A stretch of DNA of 64,000 nucleotides from Minisyncoccota bacterium. GTDB lineage: Bacteria > Patescibacteriota > Minisyncoccia > Phycocordibacterales > UBA918. Positions 44,544 to 54,530 of this stretch are shown here, piece by piece. The position numbers and the translations under genes were made by a program. The notes beneath the pieces are model-generated. The model worked only from the letters and a program-made list of their open reading frames with translations, was not told the origin of the DNA and did no database searches. The first letter of the stretch is position 1. The number at the start of each line of letters is the position of its first letter. The stretch is taken from contig JBDNIW010000003.1 of NCBI GenBank assembly GCA_041688155.1, positions 95,397 through 159,396 of the forward strand, in the 5' to 3' direction.

Positions 44544-47288
44544 ATGGAAGGAACACCAAAACAATTTGCCAGTCCCCAAGAAGAGGTGGAGTTTTTGCGG
44601 GCGCAGTTGGCAGCGCGGGAGCGGGTAGTGTTGGCGCGGACGCCAGAGCTCGATCCGGCTGAGCGTGAATCGATGGGTCGACAGGAGCTACAGTCGTACA
44701 CCAGTTTTACCCCCAAACTAATTCTGCATCCTGAATACGAATTATCAGGGCAGGCAATGCATGAAGCCGTGGCGACGGTCGAGACAGCTTCTGACCCAGT
44801 GGAGGAGATTTTGCAGATAGCAAAAGAAAAGGGAATCAAAAACGCCTTATCGGTGCTGGCGAGCACTGCAGATGCTTACACCATTGACGAAGTTCATCGG
44901 CGATTGATTGAGCTGATCACTACCGGCGTCAACATCGCAGATATGAAAGAAGGGGTTCCGCCCTGGCACGTGTTGCACATGACGTTGTTTGAGGTCACGT
45001 TGCCAGCTAGTGCTAGCGATGCGCCGCCAGTCCCGCTAGCGGAGCTGGTCGGCACCATGGAGCAATTGCTCGCTGGGCTGCGGACGATTGGATCGATCAA
45101 AAGTGGTAACCACTTTGTGTTTGAAATTGCAGTCGCAAACAACACCGAAGATATCATTTTTTACGTCGCGGTCCCCAATGAATTCACGTCGTTGTTCGAG
45201 AAGCAAACGTTGTCACTATTCCCGCACGCTGAGTTGACCGTCCAGCCGCAGGACTACAACGTGTACATGGCAGACGGCGTGACCCAAATTGCCGAGCTGT
45301 CACTCAAAAAACACCCCATCTACCCGCTCAAAACCGTCGCTGCGTTTGCGACTGATCCACTTGAAGTCGTTCTCAATGCCTTTTCCAAAATCGGCCGTGC
45401 CGAAGGCGCGGCCGTGCAGTTTGCTATCCGCCACCCTCAGGGCAAGTACCTCAAAACCTACCAAGACATCATCAAGCAAGTAGAAAAAGGTCTCAAACCA
45501 AACGAAGCTATCGCGCGTAGTACCACCGGTGGTGCCATTATGGCGGAGGTTGGTGGACTATTTGCTAGCAAAAAATCAGCCGAGGCGCTCGCCAAACCGC
45601 TTGAGGTCGACACGGTCGCCATCGAACTGTTCCGCCAGAAAACCGCCCGCGAGATTGTTGAAGTGACCATCAGAATTGTGGTGTCAGCGGCGGATGCTGC
45701 CCGCGTGCAGCAAGTTTTGTCCGAGCTGGAGTCGGCCTGGCACCAGTTTGATACGGTTGAAGCCAACCAGTTTGTGTTTACCCGCCTCAAGGGCAACAAC
45801 CTCAAGTTGGCTGAGAAAGCGTTCTCTTTTCGTCAGTTTGACCAGCGGAACATCATACCGCTGGCGCTGGACGAACTCGCCACACTGGCTCATTTCCCAG
45901 CTAGTGGCGTGCAGTCAGCCCATCAGTTCAAGCAGTCATACTCACAGACTGTGCCAGCGCCATCAAACATGCCAGACAGTGGGACGCTATTGGGGATCAA
46001 TCGTCACCGCAACGTTGAGAAAGACGTATTCATCAGCGCTGAAGACCGACTGCGGCATTTCTACATCATCGGGCAAACCGGAACCGGTAAGACGACCCTG
46101 ATGAAAAACATGATTGTGCAAGACATCCAGCGTGGGGACGGGGTATGTATGATTGACCCGCACGGGACGGACATCGAGGATGTACTCGGGGCTGTTCCAC
46201 CCGAGCGAGCAGATGATGTGATTTATTTTGATCCGTCGAACCTTGACCACGTGGTGGGGCTCAATATGCTCGAGTATGACTACAGCAAACCCGAGCAAAA
46301 AACCTTTGTCGTCAACGAGTTGTTTTCCATCTTCCAAAAGCTATACGGAGCTAACCCAGAATCCATGGGGCCGATGTTTGAGCAGTATTTCCGCAACGCC
46401 ACCATGCTGGTGATGGAAGACCCAGACAGTGGTAACACCCTGATGGACATAGGTCGGGTACTGTCCGATGCTGCCTACCGCCGGCAGAAACTAGCCAAAG
46501 CGACCAATCCTGTCGTCATTCAGTTTTGGAAAGAGATCGCGGGCAAAGCCGGTGGGGACGCTGCGCTTGAAAACATTGTGCCGTACATCGTCTCCAAATT
46601 CGACGTGTTCACCGCCAACGACTACATGCGACCAATTATCGGCCAGCAGCACAGCGCGTTTGATTTCAGGCAAGTCATGGATCAGAAAAAAATCCTCCTG
46701 GTGAACCTGTCCAAGGGTCGCCTGGGGGAGATTAATGCCAACCTGATTGGGATGATTATCGTGGGCAAACTCCTGATGGCGGCGCTGTCACGGGTTGATG
46801 ATCCTACCAAATCATTCCCACCGTTCTACCTGCACATGGATGAGTTCCAGAACATCTCCACCAACTCTATCTCGGCGATACTGTCCGAGGCGCGCAAGTA
46901 CAAACTCGGTCTGACGATGGCGCACCAGTTCATCGCGCAGCTGCAGCCTGATATCAAAGATGCAGTGTTTGGCAACGTTGGGTCGATGGCGGCGTTCCGG
47001 GTCGGTCCGGAAGACGCGCAGTACCTGGAGCAGCAATACGCGCCGACCATCACCGCAACTGATCTGATGAACGTCCCTAACCGTAACGCATTTCTGCGCG
47101 TGCTCGCCAACGGTACCCCGACGCCACCGTTTAGTATCGGCACACTGGCACCGGCTGAGCCCGATCTGGCCCGAGTCCAGCACATGATCGCCATGAGTGC
47201 GCAAAGATACGGTACACCCCGAGCGCAAATCGAAGCGGACATCGCCGCTCGTTATCATAAACCACCCCGACCAACCATCACGTTATAG
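44544..47288 (+). CDS. VirD4/TraD-TrwB/HerA-like P-loop ATPase
   Basis: DRLRHFYIIGQTGTGKTT, IDPHG, LVNLSKG, LHMDEFQN, SEARKY.L.L..AHQ and FGNVGS. Confidence 0.88.
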   Translation: MEGTPKQFASPQEEVEFLRAQLAARERVVLARTPELDPAERESMGRQELQSYTSFTPKLILHPEYELSGQAMHEAVATVETASDPVEEILQIAKEKGIKNALSVLASTADAYTIDEVHRRLIELITTGVNIADMKEGVPPWHVLHMTLFEVTLPASASDAPPVPLAELVGTMEQLLAGLRTIGSIKSGNHFVFEIAVANNTEDIIFYVAVPNEFTSLFEKQTLSLFPHAELTVQPQDYNVYMADGVTQIAELSLKKHPIYPLKTVAAFATDPLEVVLNAFSKIGRAEGAAVQFAIRHPQGKYLKTYQDIIKQVEKGLKPNEAIARSTTGGAIMAEVGGLFASKKSAEALAKPLEVDTVAIELFRQKTAREIVEVTIRIVVSAADAARVQQVLSELESAWHQFDTVEANQFVFTRLKGNNLKLAEKAFSFRQFDQRNIIPLALDELATLAHFPASGVQSAHQFKQSYSQTVPAPSNMPDSGTLLGINRHRNVEKDVFISAEDRLRHFYIIGQTGTGKTTLMKNMIVQDIQRGDGVCMIDPHGTDIEDVLGAVPPERADDVIYFDPSNLDHVVGLNMLEYDYSKPEQKTFVVNELFSIFQKLYGANPESMGPMFEQYFRNATMLVMEDPDSGNTLMDIGRVLSDAAYRRQKLAKATNPVVIQFWKEIAGKAGGDAALENIVPYIVSKFDVFTANDYMRPIIGQQHSAFDFRQVMDQKKILLVNLSKGRLGEINANLIGMIIVGKLLMAALSRVDDPTKSFPPFYLHMDEFQNISTNSISAILSEARKYKLGLTMAHQFIAQLQPDIKDAVFGNVGSMAAFRVGPEDAQYLEQQYAPTITATDLMNVPNRNAFLRVLANGTPTPPFSIGTLAPAEPDLARVQHMIAMSAQRYGTPRAQIEADIAARYHKPPRPTITL

Positions 47289-47306
47289 TGGTATACTTTT
47301 TGCAAT

Positions 47307-48911
47307 ATGTCTTTTGAAGGGAATCATGGCAAGTATAAATATCAAACCGAGGTTTCTGTTGCCCAGCCAGAATCCGACCAGACACGCGTCGAAAACCCTG
47401 AGCTAGACGAAAACCAGGACGATGTGGCACTCGATTCAATCGAGGCGGTCGATGCATTCCACGCTGAGGTAGAAACGTCTGTTACTGAGCGGCTGCAGGC
47501 CGCTGACACGGCTATCGCCGAGCACTCAGTCCTGTCGGGTCAGCTGCAAGAATTTACCGAGTATCTCGAGAGTGTCAGGGTAAAGCTACGGGGCGGGTTT
47601 GCCTTGTCGGAATTGGATCAGGCCCACGTTCAAGAGATATACGAACGACTCATGGACGAGGTAGACGGTTTGACCGAGACAATTGAGGAACCACCGTTTG
47701 ACCCGGAATCGTACATCCACGAGCAGTTTGCTGAGCACCCTTACTTGACAGCTAGCAAACGTCAAAGTGCGTACTCTTTACTACGCGAGTACAAACGAGC
47801 TTTGAAAGAAACCGGTGACCAGGAGGCGCAAGAGTTGGCTGCACAACTAGCGCTTGAAATACAAGAGTTGGTCGACGAATTAGTCGGCAATGATTTGCTG
47901 CCAGAAGAAGGGCAGGGGTCAGATTTAACTAAAAGAAAGGTGGGAACTAAGTTAACCCTAACATCATTAGATGAGGAGCTGCCAACTGTGGCAAAGGAAC
48001 ATACATCTGAGACGACTAATGATCAAGACTCACAATCTATAGCTGGGCACGACTACGTTGACCTGCCGCAGGCTCAAGCAGAATCAGTGCAGCCAGCTTT
48101 AGAACCAGAACCTATAGCTGAAGTAGTTGCTATGCAACCAGCAAAGCAAGCTGAGGTAACACCTAAAAAACTTGGTTTCTTTAAAAAACTAACCAGCCGG
48201 TTTACCCGTAACCGAGAAGCTGACAATCCAAATTATAAACGTCATCTGGCCGAAGTCGCCCACGCTGCCGAGGTCGCGCAAGACGTCGCCGACCTGCGAG
48301 CCATGGCTGCCAGACGGGCAGAGGCGCAGCGACCGTCCCCGCTTATGTTGACGCAAGACATGAGACTACCAAATGAATTATCGCCAGAAGAGCAGCTGCA
48401 GCAAGTAATGGCAGAAAATGGTCAAGACTCGGTAGAATGGGTTGCTAACAAAGAAAATTTCGCACCATTTGAGCCACACAAAACTGAAACTACACCCCAA
48501 TTTACTCCAGCTTCAGTGCAAGAAAAATCCTGGTTGTCTCGAGCTGAACAAATCGATTCCCGACAAGCGCAGCTACAGCTGCTCCGGGCTGTTGGGAATG
48601 TTGAGGCTATCCCTACCGGGTGGTTTGCTTCCAACCTGGACGCTGGCCAAAGTCCATACCAAGTGTTGGGTAATGACAGTTTTGAAGATTTAGCAACCTA
48701 CGCTCAGTCAAATGAAACCCGCACGGAGTGTCGCGCTTGGCTCAAAAGTAATGGTATCGACGAACACGCTTTTTTCAATTGGATGGATCTGTTGCCTGAG
48801 ATGCAAGCCCGTGGAGTGCAAACAGATGGTCAGTCGTTTAAGCAAGTGATTGATACTTTGCTAGAGTTGCGGGCAGCTGAGCAACGTAATACACAGCCAA
48901 CCGCAGAGTAG
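47307..48911 (+). CDS. acidic hypothetical protein
   Basis: 534-aa Glu/Gln-rich ORF with no recognisable motif. Confidence 0.75.
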   Translation: MSFEGNHGKYKYQTEVSVAQPESDQTRVENPELDENQDDVALDSIEAVDAFHAEVETSVTERLQAADTAIAEHSVLSGQLQEFTEYLESVRVKLRGGFALSELDQAHVQEIYERLMDEVDGLTETIEEPPFDPESYIHEQFAEHPYLTASKRQSAYSLLREYKRALKETGDQEAQELAAQLALEIQELVDELVGNDLLPEEGQGSDLTKRKVGTKLTLTSLDEELPTVAKEHTSETTNDQDSQSIAGHDYVDLPQAQAESVQPALEPEPIAEVVAMQPAKQAEVTPKKLGFFKKLTSRFTRNREADNPNYKRHLAEVAHAAEVAQDVADLRAMAARRAEAQRPSPLMLTQDMRLPNELSPEEQLQQVMAENGQDSVEWVANKENFAPFEPHKTETTPQFTPASVQEKSWLSRAEQIDSRQAQLQLLRAVGNVEAIPTGWFASNLDAGQSPYQVLGNDSFEDLATYAQSNETRTECRAWLKSNGIDEHAFFNWMDLLPEMQARGVQTDGQSFKQVIDTLLELRAAEQRNTQPTAE

Positions 48912-48940
48912 TCAGCGATAAAGGTGGTAGTATAATACAC

Positions 48941-50380
48941 ATGTCTAGTTCTTTGGGTAGGGCGTTCTCATTTGATACACCGCAAGCGGTGATGCATGTT
49001 TTGGCGTCAGTGCGCCACAGCGACGTGTCAGCGCATGATAAAAACAATCTGCGAGATTTGATTTTGTCGTACACTAACGCGGGTAAGGATCCGTCACTCA
49101 AAATCCAGATCGAGCAGCAGCTAGCGCGCCTGGCTATCCAGCCAGCTCCAGTGGCTGCCCCAGTAGACCCAGCCGTACCATTGGAGTTTGGGTCGTATCG
49201 CAGTGCGCCGATTTTTGTCGCGCCGGCCGCCACCCCAGTAATAGCAAAACCAGCAGCTGCTCAGCCGATGGTACCCTCAGCGTATGCTACCCCGGTGGTA
49301 GTGGAAACTCCCCCAACCCCAACCCCAACCTCTGTGCCGGTAGCGGAACTAGTCTTGGCAGCAGAAGCGGTCCAACCAGAGCCCGCATCAATACCAAAAA
49401 CACTTCCAGTAGTAGAGCAAATCCCGATGCCGGTAGTAGACGCAACTGATAGTGTTGCTGCATTAGCTCGGGTCAGAGAAATTAAAGCCCTCGTCAACGA
49501 GAAAATCGGTAACCCAGTGAATCTGGTAGACATCGACAACCAAGTTGGTCGCGAGTACATGTCAGCGCTTTTAGATGCAATGAAAAAACTGAGTTCTGGA
49601 GGCAGCGACGCCGCTACGATTGAACGACTCGAGTTAGCCTACGCTGCCGTTGAGCGCGTATTGGTCAATACTCCAAATAAAGAGGTTGTGCCTCCAACAC
49701 CAACACCAACACCAACTCCAACTCCAACACCAACACCAACACCAACACCAACTTCTCCAGAGGTTAAGCTAGTGGTCCCTGTACCGCCAATGCCGGTCGC
49801 TCCAACACCTCCGCCTCGAGTAGAACCAGAGCCAGTTGTGGCTCCTGCAATTCCAACTAATAAAGTACCTGAACAACCACAAACAGTCCCACCTCAACCA
49901 GCAGTATCAACTCGTACAGCAGCGATACCGATGAAAGATGATCGTTGGCAAGCTGCTTCAGCAGCAATCAAACCAGCTCCAATTCGACCACTGTCAGAAT
50001 CAGTGCCACCACTCAAATCCATTAACGACGTCCCGACCCAGGATTCTTTGACCAACAAAACCGCTGATCCACTTATGGCAGCTGAAGTGACTGACGGTCT
50101 CAACCAACTCCTTACTGACTGGGTTCTATTCAAAAAAAGTGGACTGTTCGGCACCGGTCCCAAAGGCATTGAGCACGCACTTTATAAAAACATTAAAGAC
50201 CTACAGATTCCACTGCTACTGGCTGGTCGATTTGAAGGTGCTACCCAAGAAATCAAACAAAGCATCACTGACTACATGAATGGTTGGCGTTACGAACAAG
50301 GCATCATTTACGAACAAGGTGAGATATTTGATCATTACTTACGACGGGTGATTCGGCACATCCTTGATTTGCAAAAATAA
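48941..50380 (+). CDS. Pro-rich hypothetical protein with a conserved-looking C-terminal domain
   Basis: P/T/A/V linkers; C-terminal LFKKSGLFGTGPKG.EH...YMNGWRYEQG. Confidence 0.78.
   Translation: MSSSLGRAFSFDTPQAVMHVLASVRHSDVSAHDKNNLRDLILSYTNAGKDPSLKIQIEQQLARLAIQPAPVAAPVDPAVPLEFGSYRSAPIFVAPAATPVIAKPAAAQPMVPSAYATPVVVETPPTPTPTSVPVAELVLAAEAVQPEPASIPKTLPVVEQIPMPVVDATDSVAALARVREIKALVNEKIGNPVNLVDIDNQVGREYMSALLDAMKKLSSGGSDAATIERLELAYAAVERVLVNTPNKEVVPPTPTPTPTPTPTPTPTPTPTSPEVKLVVPVPPMPVAPTPPPRVEPEPVVAPAIPTNKVPEQPQTVPPQPAVSTRTAAIPMKDDRWQAASAAIKPAPIRPLSESVPPLKSINDVPTQDSLTNKTADPLMAAEVTDGLNQLLTDWVLFKKSGLFGTGPKGIEHALYKNIKDLQIPLLLAGRFEGATQEIKQSITDYMNGWRYEQGIIYEQGEIFDHYLRRVIRHILDLQK
49694..49753 (+). repeat. 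(CCAACW)x10 hexamer repeat encoding (PT)10
   Basis: ccaaca/ccaact units. Confidence 0.9.
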
Positions 50381-50403
50381 GTGACTAGTCGCACAATACT
50401 AAT

Positions 50404-50997
50404 ATGAATCACCACGCCACGCTGTTTCGCAGTTCTCGTCCCCTTGATTTTGGTTATGAGACTAACAGCTCAGTCAGCTTGTTTTCGTTTGAACGACTGG
50501 GTATTGATAATGCGCGGCAGATAGCCGCTGATGCGCAACTCAGGCCAGCGTCAGGCGTGGAGCAGGTGTTTGTGCTGCGAACCTTGTTTGTCACGCACGA
50601 AGCGCAAAACGCACTCCTCAAATTGTTTGAAGAGCCGCCAGCTGGGTTGTCTTTTGTCTTAGTGCTACCCCCAGCTGTACGATTGCTTCCAACATTATTG
50701 TCGCGCATTGGGCTAGAGGTGGTCGAACAACCTGATGTGGTTATTAACCAACCGTGGGTAGACTTTCTCGCCGCCGCTCCAGCTGATCGACTCACTCAGA
50801 TTGATCTCTGGCAAAAAACCAAGGAATCAAACTGGTTGCAAGCAATCACCGCTGGTGTGCATACCATTAGCTATGCCGAGGTGCCTGTAGGGGCTCTACC
50901 GGCGATACAGTTGGTCGGTGAACAACTGGCTACCAGAGGCGCCAGCAATAAAATGCTCCTGGAACATCTGGCGTTGATACTGCCCCTACGAAACTAG
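50404..50997 (+). CDS. holB: DNA polymerase III delta' (HolB)-like, truncated
   Basis: GID..R, T.EAQNALLKLFEEPP and LLPT.LSR. Confidence 0.75.
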   Translation: MNHHATLFRSSRPLDFGYETNSSVSLFSFERLGIDNARQIAADAQLRPASGVEQVFVLRTLFVTHEAQNALLKLFEEPPAGLSFVLVLPPAVRLLPTLLSRIGLEVVEQPDVVINQPWVDFLAAAPADRLTQIDLWQKTKESNWLQAITAGVHTISYAEVPVGALPAIQLVGEQLATRGASNKMLLEHLALILPLRN

Positions 50998-51024
50998 CGA
51001 GCAAAATGCTACACTACACTCATT

Positions 51025-51570
51025 ATGGATTTCAATCACGTTACAACTAAACTCGCAGAGACCCTTGACTGGCTTAAAAAAGAATTCGCTGCGATCCGCA
51101 GTGGGCAATCCTCACCGGCGTTACTCGACGGGGTAAAAGTAGAGAGCTACGGTATGTATATGCCGATGAATCAGGTCGCAACGGTCGGTGTCGAAGACGC
51201 CCGGACGTTGCGGATTTCACCGTTTGACAGCTCCCAAACCCCCGCTATCGAGAAAGCCATCCAGGAAGCCAACCTTGGGGTTTCGCTGGCGAGCGACTCT
51301 GGTGGGGTACGGGTTATTTTCCCTGAACTCACCGCTGATAGGCGAGGACAGCTACAGAAACTAGCCAAAGCCAAACTAGAGGATGCTCGCATCGCCGTGC
51401 GAGCTGTCCGTGACGACGCTATGAAAGCCATCGAAAAAGCCGAAAAATCTGGAGAGATTAGTGAGGACGACAAGTACACCCAAAAAGAACGAGTGCAAAA
51501 AAGTGTTGAATCAACCAACCAGACTCTGGAGTCTCTGTTTGCTACCAAAGAAACCGAACTAGCTGCTTAG
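51025..51570 (+). CDS. frr: ribosome recycling factor
   Basis: IRSG.SSP.LLD.V.VE.YG, IEKAI..ANLG, PELT..RR and ISED. Confidence 0.97.
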   Translation: MDFNHVTTKLAETLDWLKKEFAAIRSGQSSPALLDGVKVESYGMYMPMNQVATVGVEDARTLRISPFDSSQTPAIEKAIQEANLGVSLASDSGGVRVIFPELTADRRGQLQKLAKAKLEDARIAVRAVRDDAMKAIEKAEKSGEISEDDKYTQKERVQKSVESTNQTLESLFATKETELAA

Positions 51571-51574
51571 TGGT

Positions 51575-52795
51575 ATGTCAATTCTACTTTTTTTCGCAGT
51601 TCTGTTTGTGCTGATTCTCGTCCATGAATGGGGACACTTTATTGTCGCCAAGAAAACCGGCATGCGGATAGATGAATTTGGAATTGGGTTTCCGCCCAAA
51701 CTTTTCGGCATCAAACGCGGCGAGACAGAGTACACATTTAATGCCATCCCCATCGGAGGGTTTGTCAGAATTTTCGGTGAAAATGGCGAGGAGCCGTTTT
51801 CTCCGGTCGAGGGCGAAGCGCTCGATCGCCGATCTGAGGCAAATGCCGAAGCAGGCGAAGATGAGGCGCGAGTCTCTACTCACGCTGTTGTCAATGGTGA
51901 TCGAAGTCATAAAGCTTCTACTGTCCGAAAAGGTGACCCGCGTGCTTTTAACAATAGGCCAAAGTGGGCGCAAGCACTGGTGCTCATTGCTGGTGTCGTG
52001 ATGAACATTTTGTTTGCCTGGCTACTATTTGTCATTACGTTTATGGTGGGGGTTCCAACGGCAGTCGATGAGACAACTGCTGGCCCTGAAGCGCAACTGA
52101 TGGTCGCGGGAACACTCGCCGACAGTCCAGCTAGTATGATTCCAGCTGGTGCGGTGGTTACTAACCTCTCAGCGTCGCTCGTGACTAGTGATGAAATCGT
52201 TTCCAATCCGACCCCGAGCACGTTTGCTGATTTTGTAAGCTCTGCTGCACCAGGTGAAGTGGTGATTACTTACGAATTTGACGGTAATCAAAATGAGGCT
52301 CTCGTTACCCCAGTCCAGGGTCTGATTATAGATAACCCCGAACGCTACGCAGTTGGAATTTCTCTAGCACTGATTGAAGTCCAGCGACAATCGTTTGGTG
52401 ATGCTGTTGTCACTGGGACACTAGCAACTGGCAACGGACTGGTGGCTATCACACATGGTTTGTTTACTTTGATTGGTCAGGCCTTCACTGGCACTGCCGA
52501 CTTTACTCAAGTAGCGGGCCCGATTGGTATCGTCGGGATGGTGGGGGACGCCGCAGCGTTTGGTCTGGCAGCACTGCTGACATTCACCGCCATCATTTCA
52601 CTCAACTTGGCTGTGATCAACTTGCTACCATTTCCCGCTCTTGACGGCGGTCGACTGGTGTTTGTTGCTATTGAGTCCATCACCGGCAAGGACATTCCAC
52701 CCGAGTGGGCCGGCCGGATCAACCTGGTTGGCTTTGCGCTATTGTTACTCTTGATGGTGGCAGTGACCTACAACGATATTATAAACCTCCTCTAA
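51575..52795 (+). CDS. rseP: site-2 protease RseP (M50) with a loop insertion
   Basis: HEWGH, GGFV.I.GE, AGPIGI and NLLPFPALDGG. Confidence 0.93.
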   Translation: MSILLFFAVLFVLILVHEWGHFIVAKKTGMRIDEFGIGFPPKLFGIKRGETEYTFNAIPIGGFVRIFGENGEEPFSPVEGEALDRRSEANAEAGEDEARVSTHAVVNGDRSHKASTVRKGDPRAFNNRPKWAQALVLIAGVVMNILFAWLLFVITFMVGVPTAVDETTAGPEAQLMVAGTLADSPASMIPAGAVVTNLSASLVTSDEIVSNPTPSTFADFVSSAAPGEVVITYEFDGNQNEALVTPVQGLIIDNPERYAVGISLALIEVQRQSFGDAVVTGTLATGNGLVAITHGLFTLIGQAFTGTADFTQVAGPIGIVGMVGDAAAFGLAALLTFTAIISLNLAVINLLPFPALDGGRLVFVAIESITGKDIPPEWAGRINLVGFALLLLLMVAVTYNDIINLL

Positions 52796-52804
52796 TTAAT
52801 CTAT

Positions 52805-54058
52805 ATGCGACAATCTCAATTATTTACCAAAACTCAAAAAGAGGCCCCAGCTGACGAGGTTGCTAAAAACGCGCAGCTCTTGATTCAGGCTGGCTATATC
52901 TATAAAAACATGGCGGGAGCGTACTCATTTTTACCACTTGGGTTACAAGTGCTTGAAAACATCAACACCATCATCCGGCAAGAAATGAATGCCATCGGTG
53001 GGCAAGAGCTCCATATGCCGTCGCTGCAAGAGGACCGACTGTGGAAACTGAGTGATCGTTGGGATGCTGACAAAGTAGACGTCTGGTTTAAAACCGAGTT
53101 GCAGGCTGGTGGTACTGTTGGGTTGGCCTGGACCCACGAAGAGGTCATCACTGATTTGATGCGCCAATACGTCTCGTCGTACAAAGATCTACCGTTCTCT
53201 GCCTACCAAATCCAAACCAAATTCCGCAACGAAATGCGGGCTAAAAGTGGCATCATGCGTACCCGAGAATTTTTGATGAAAGATTCCTACTCATTTTCAG
53301 CCACTCAAGAACAACACGATGCGTTTTATGAATCCTGCGCAGAGGCGTACATGAAAATCTTTACCCGCCTTGGGATAGGTGCTCAGACGTACAAAACCTT
53401 TGCCTCTGGTGGGGCTTTCTCAAAATTCAGCCACGAATTCCAAACTCTGGCCGAAGCAGGGGAAGACGTGGTGTATGTGAGTGAGGAAAAGGGAATTGCT
53501 GTTAATCAAGAGGTACTAGCCGAAGTCGACCTGGCTGAGTTGGGTGTTACCAAAGAAGAGTTGATAAAGCGAAAAAGTATTGAAGTCGGAAATATTTTCT
53601 CCCTTGGCACTAAGTTCTCCGAAGCAATCGGACTACAGTTCAATGATGAAACTGGCACCAAACAACCAGTCATCATGGGGTCATACGGCATTGGTCCGGC
53701 CCGAGCGATGGGAACAATTGTTGATCTATTGTCTGACGACAAAGGTATTGTCTGGCCGGCATCGGTTGCGCCGTACCAAGTACACTTGGTCGGACTCAAC
53801 ACCGACGACTCATCTATCGTCGATTGGGCTGATGGTATCTATACCGCCCTGAAATCAGCCGGCATCTCTGTTCTCTACGACGACCGAGACGCCCGTCCGG
53901 GAGAAAAGTTTGCCGACAGTGACCTGCTCGGGATGCCATATCGCGTGGTCGCCAGCAAGAAAGGAAAAGAAGCCGGTATGTTTGAAGTAGTCACTCGCGC
54001 TACTGGAGAGGTGCGCAGTCTGACCGAAGAAGAATTATTTGCAGACTTCTCTGTCTAA
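52805..54058 (+). CDS. proS: prolyl-tRNA synthetase (short form, no INS editing domain)
   Basis: THEE, YQIQTKFRNE.R, REFLMKDSYSF, IEVGNIFSLG and MGSYGIG. Confidence 0.95.
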   Translation: MRQSQLFTKTQKEAPADEVAKNAQLLIQAGYIYKNMAGAYSFLPLGLQVLENINTIIRQEMNAIGGQELHMPSLQEDRLWKLSDRWDADKVDVWFKTELQAGGTVGLAWTHEEVITDLMRQYVSSYKDLPFSAYQIQTKFRNEMRAKSGIMRTREFLMKDSYSFSATQEQHDAFYESCAEAYMKIFTRLGIGAQTYKTFASGGAFSKFSHEFQTLAEAGEDVVYVSEEKGIAVNQEVLAEVDLAELGVTKEELIKRKSIEVGNIFSLGTKFSEAIGLQFNDETGTKQPVIMGSYGIGPARAMGTIVDLLSDDKGIVWPASVAPYQVHLVGLNTDDSSIVDWADGIYTALKSAGISVLYDDRDARPGEKFADSDLLGMPYRVVASKKGKEAGMFEVVTRATGEVRSLTEEELFADFSV

Positions 54059-54135
54059 CCGATATCCCTATGTACCGCAGGTTTAGTGCCGGACAATCCT
54101 CCGCCAGCGACCGCCATTGATAGCCCAACACCAGC

Positions 54136-54163
54136 AAAATACTCCAATCGATTGGAGTATTTT
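54136..54163. repeat. 28-bp perfect palindrome (probable proS terminator)
   Basis: aaaatactccaatc|gattggagtatttt. Confidence 0.85.
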
Positions 54164-54488
54164 TGTGTTCGTGCTGGTAGGTGGGGTGGTCCTATGGCAA
54201 TAGTTTGGCAAGCCTTTTGGTCGCACGCTCGACTCGCTCTGCCTGCTTACCGTACAAACCAAAAGCTCGTCGTAGTGGTTTGATTCTAATGGTCCAACAG
54301 TTCGTTGATATTGATCAACCAGAACACTGACACTCAGTACAGAACTCTAGTACTGCCACAACGGTCGTTGTTGGCGTGTGCACGCAGAGATGTACGAGTC
54401 GAGTGTTTGGGCTCCAAGACCGTTAGGCTATTGATTACTCAGTCCAACAGCCTCACCCAACAAGCACCCCCAACACTGACAAAAGTAC
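54157..54488. ncRNA. candidate rod-shaped structured RNA or MITE
   Basis: At least seven collinear complementary blocks between 54157-54253 and 54361-54488. Confidence 0.4.
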
Positions 54489-54530
54489 CGCTTTTTTGCT
54501 CCAAACTGTGGCTCGTAGTACAATGGCTTT

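Noticed and set aside
44544-47288. ICE or conjugative element suggested by the VirD4-like ATPase
   Set aside because: No relaxase, integrase, mating-pair genes or att pair around it.
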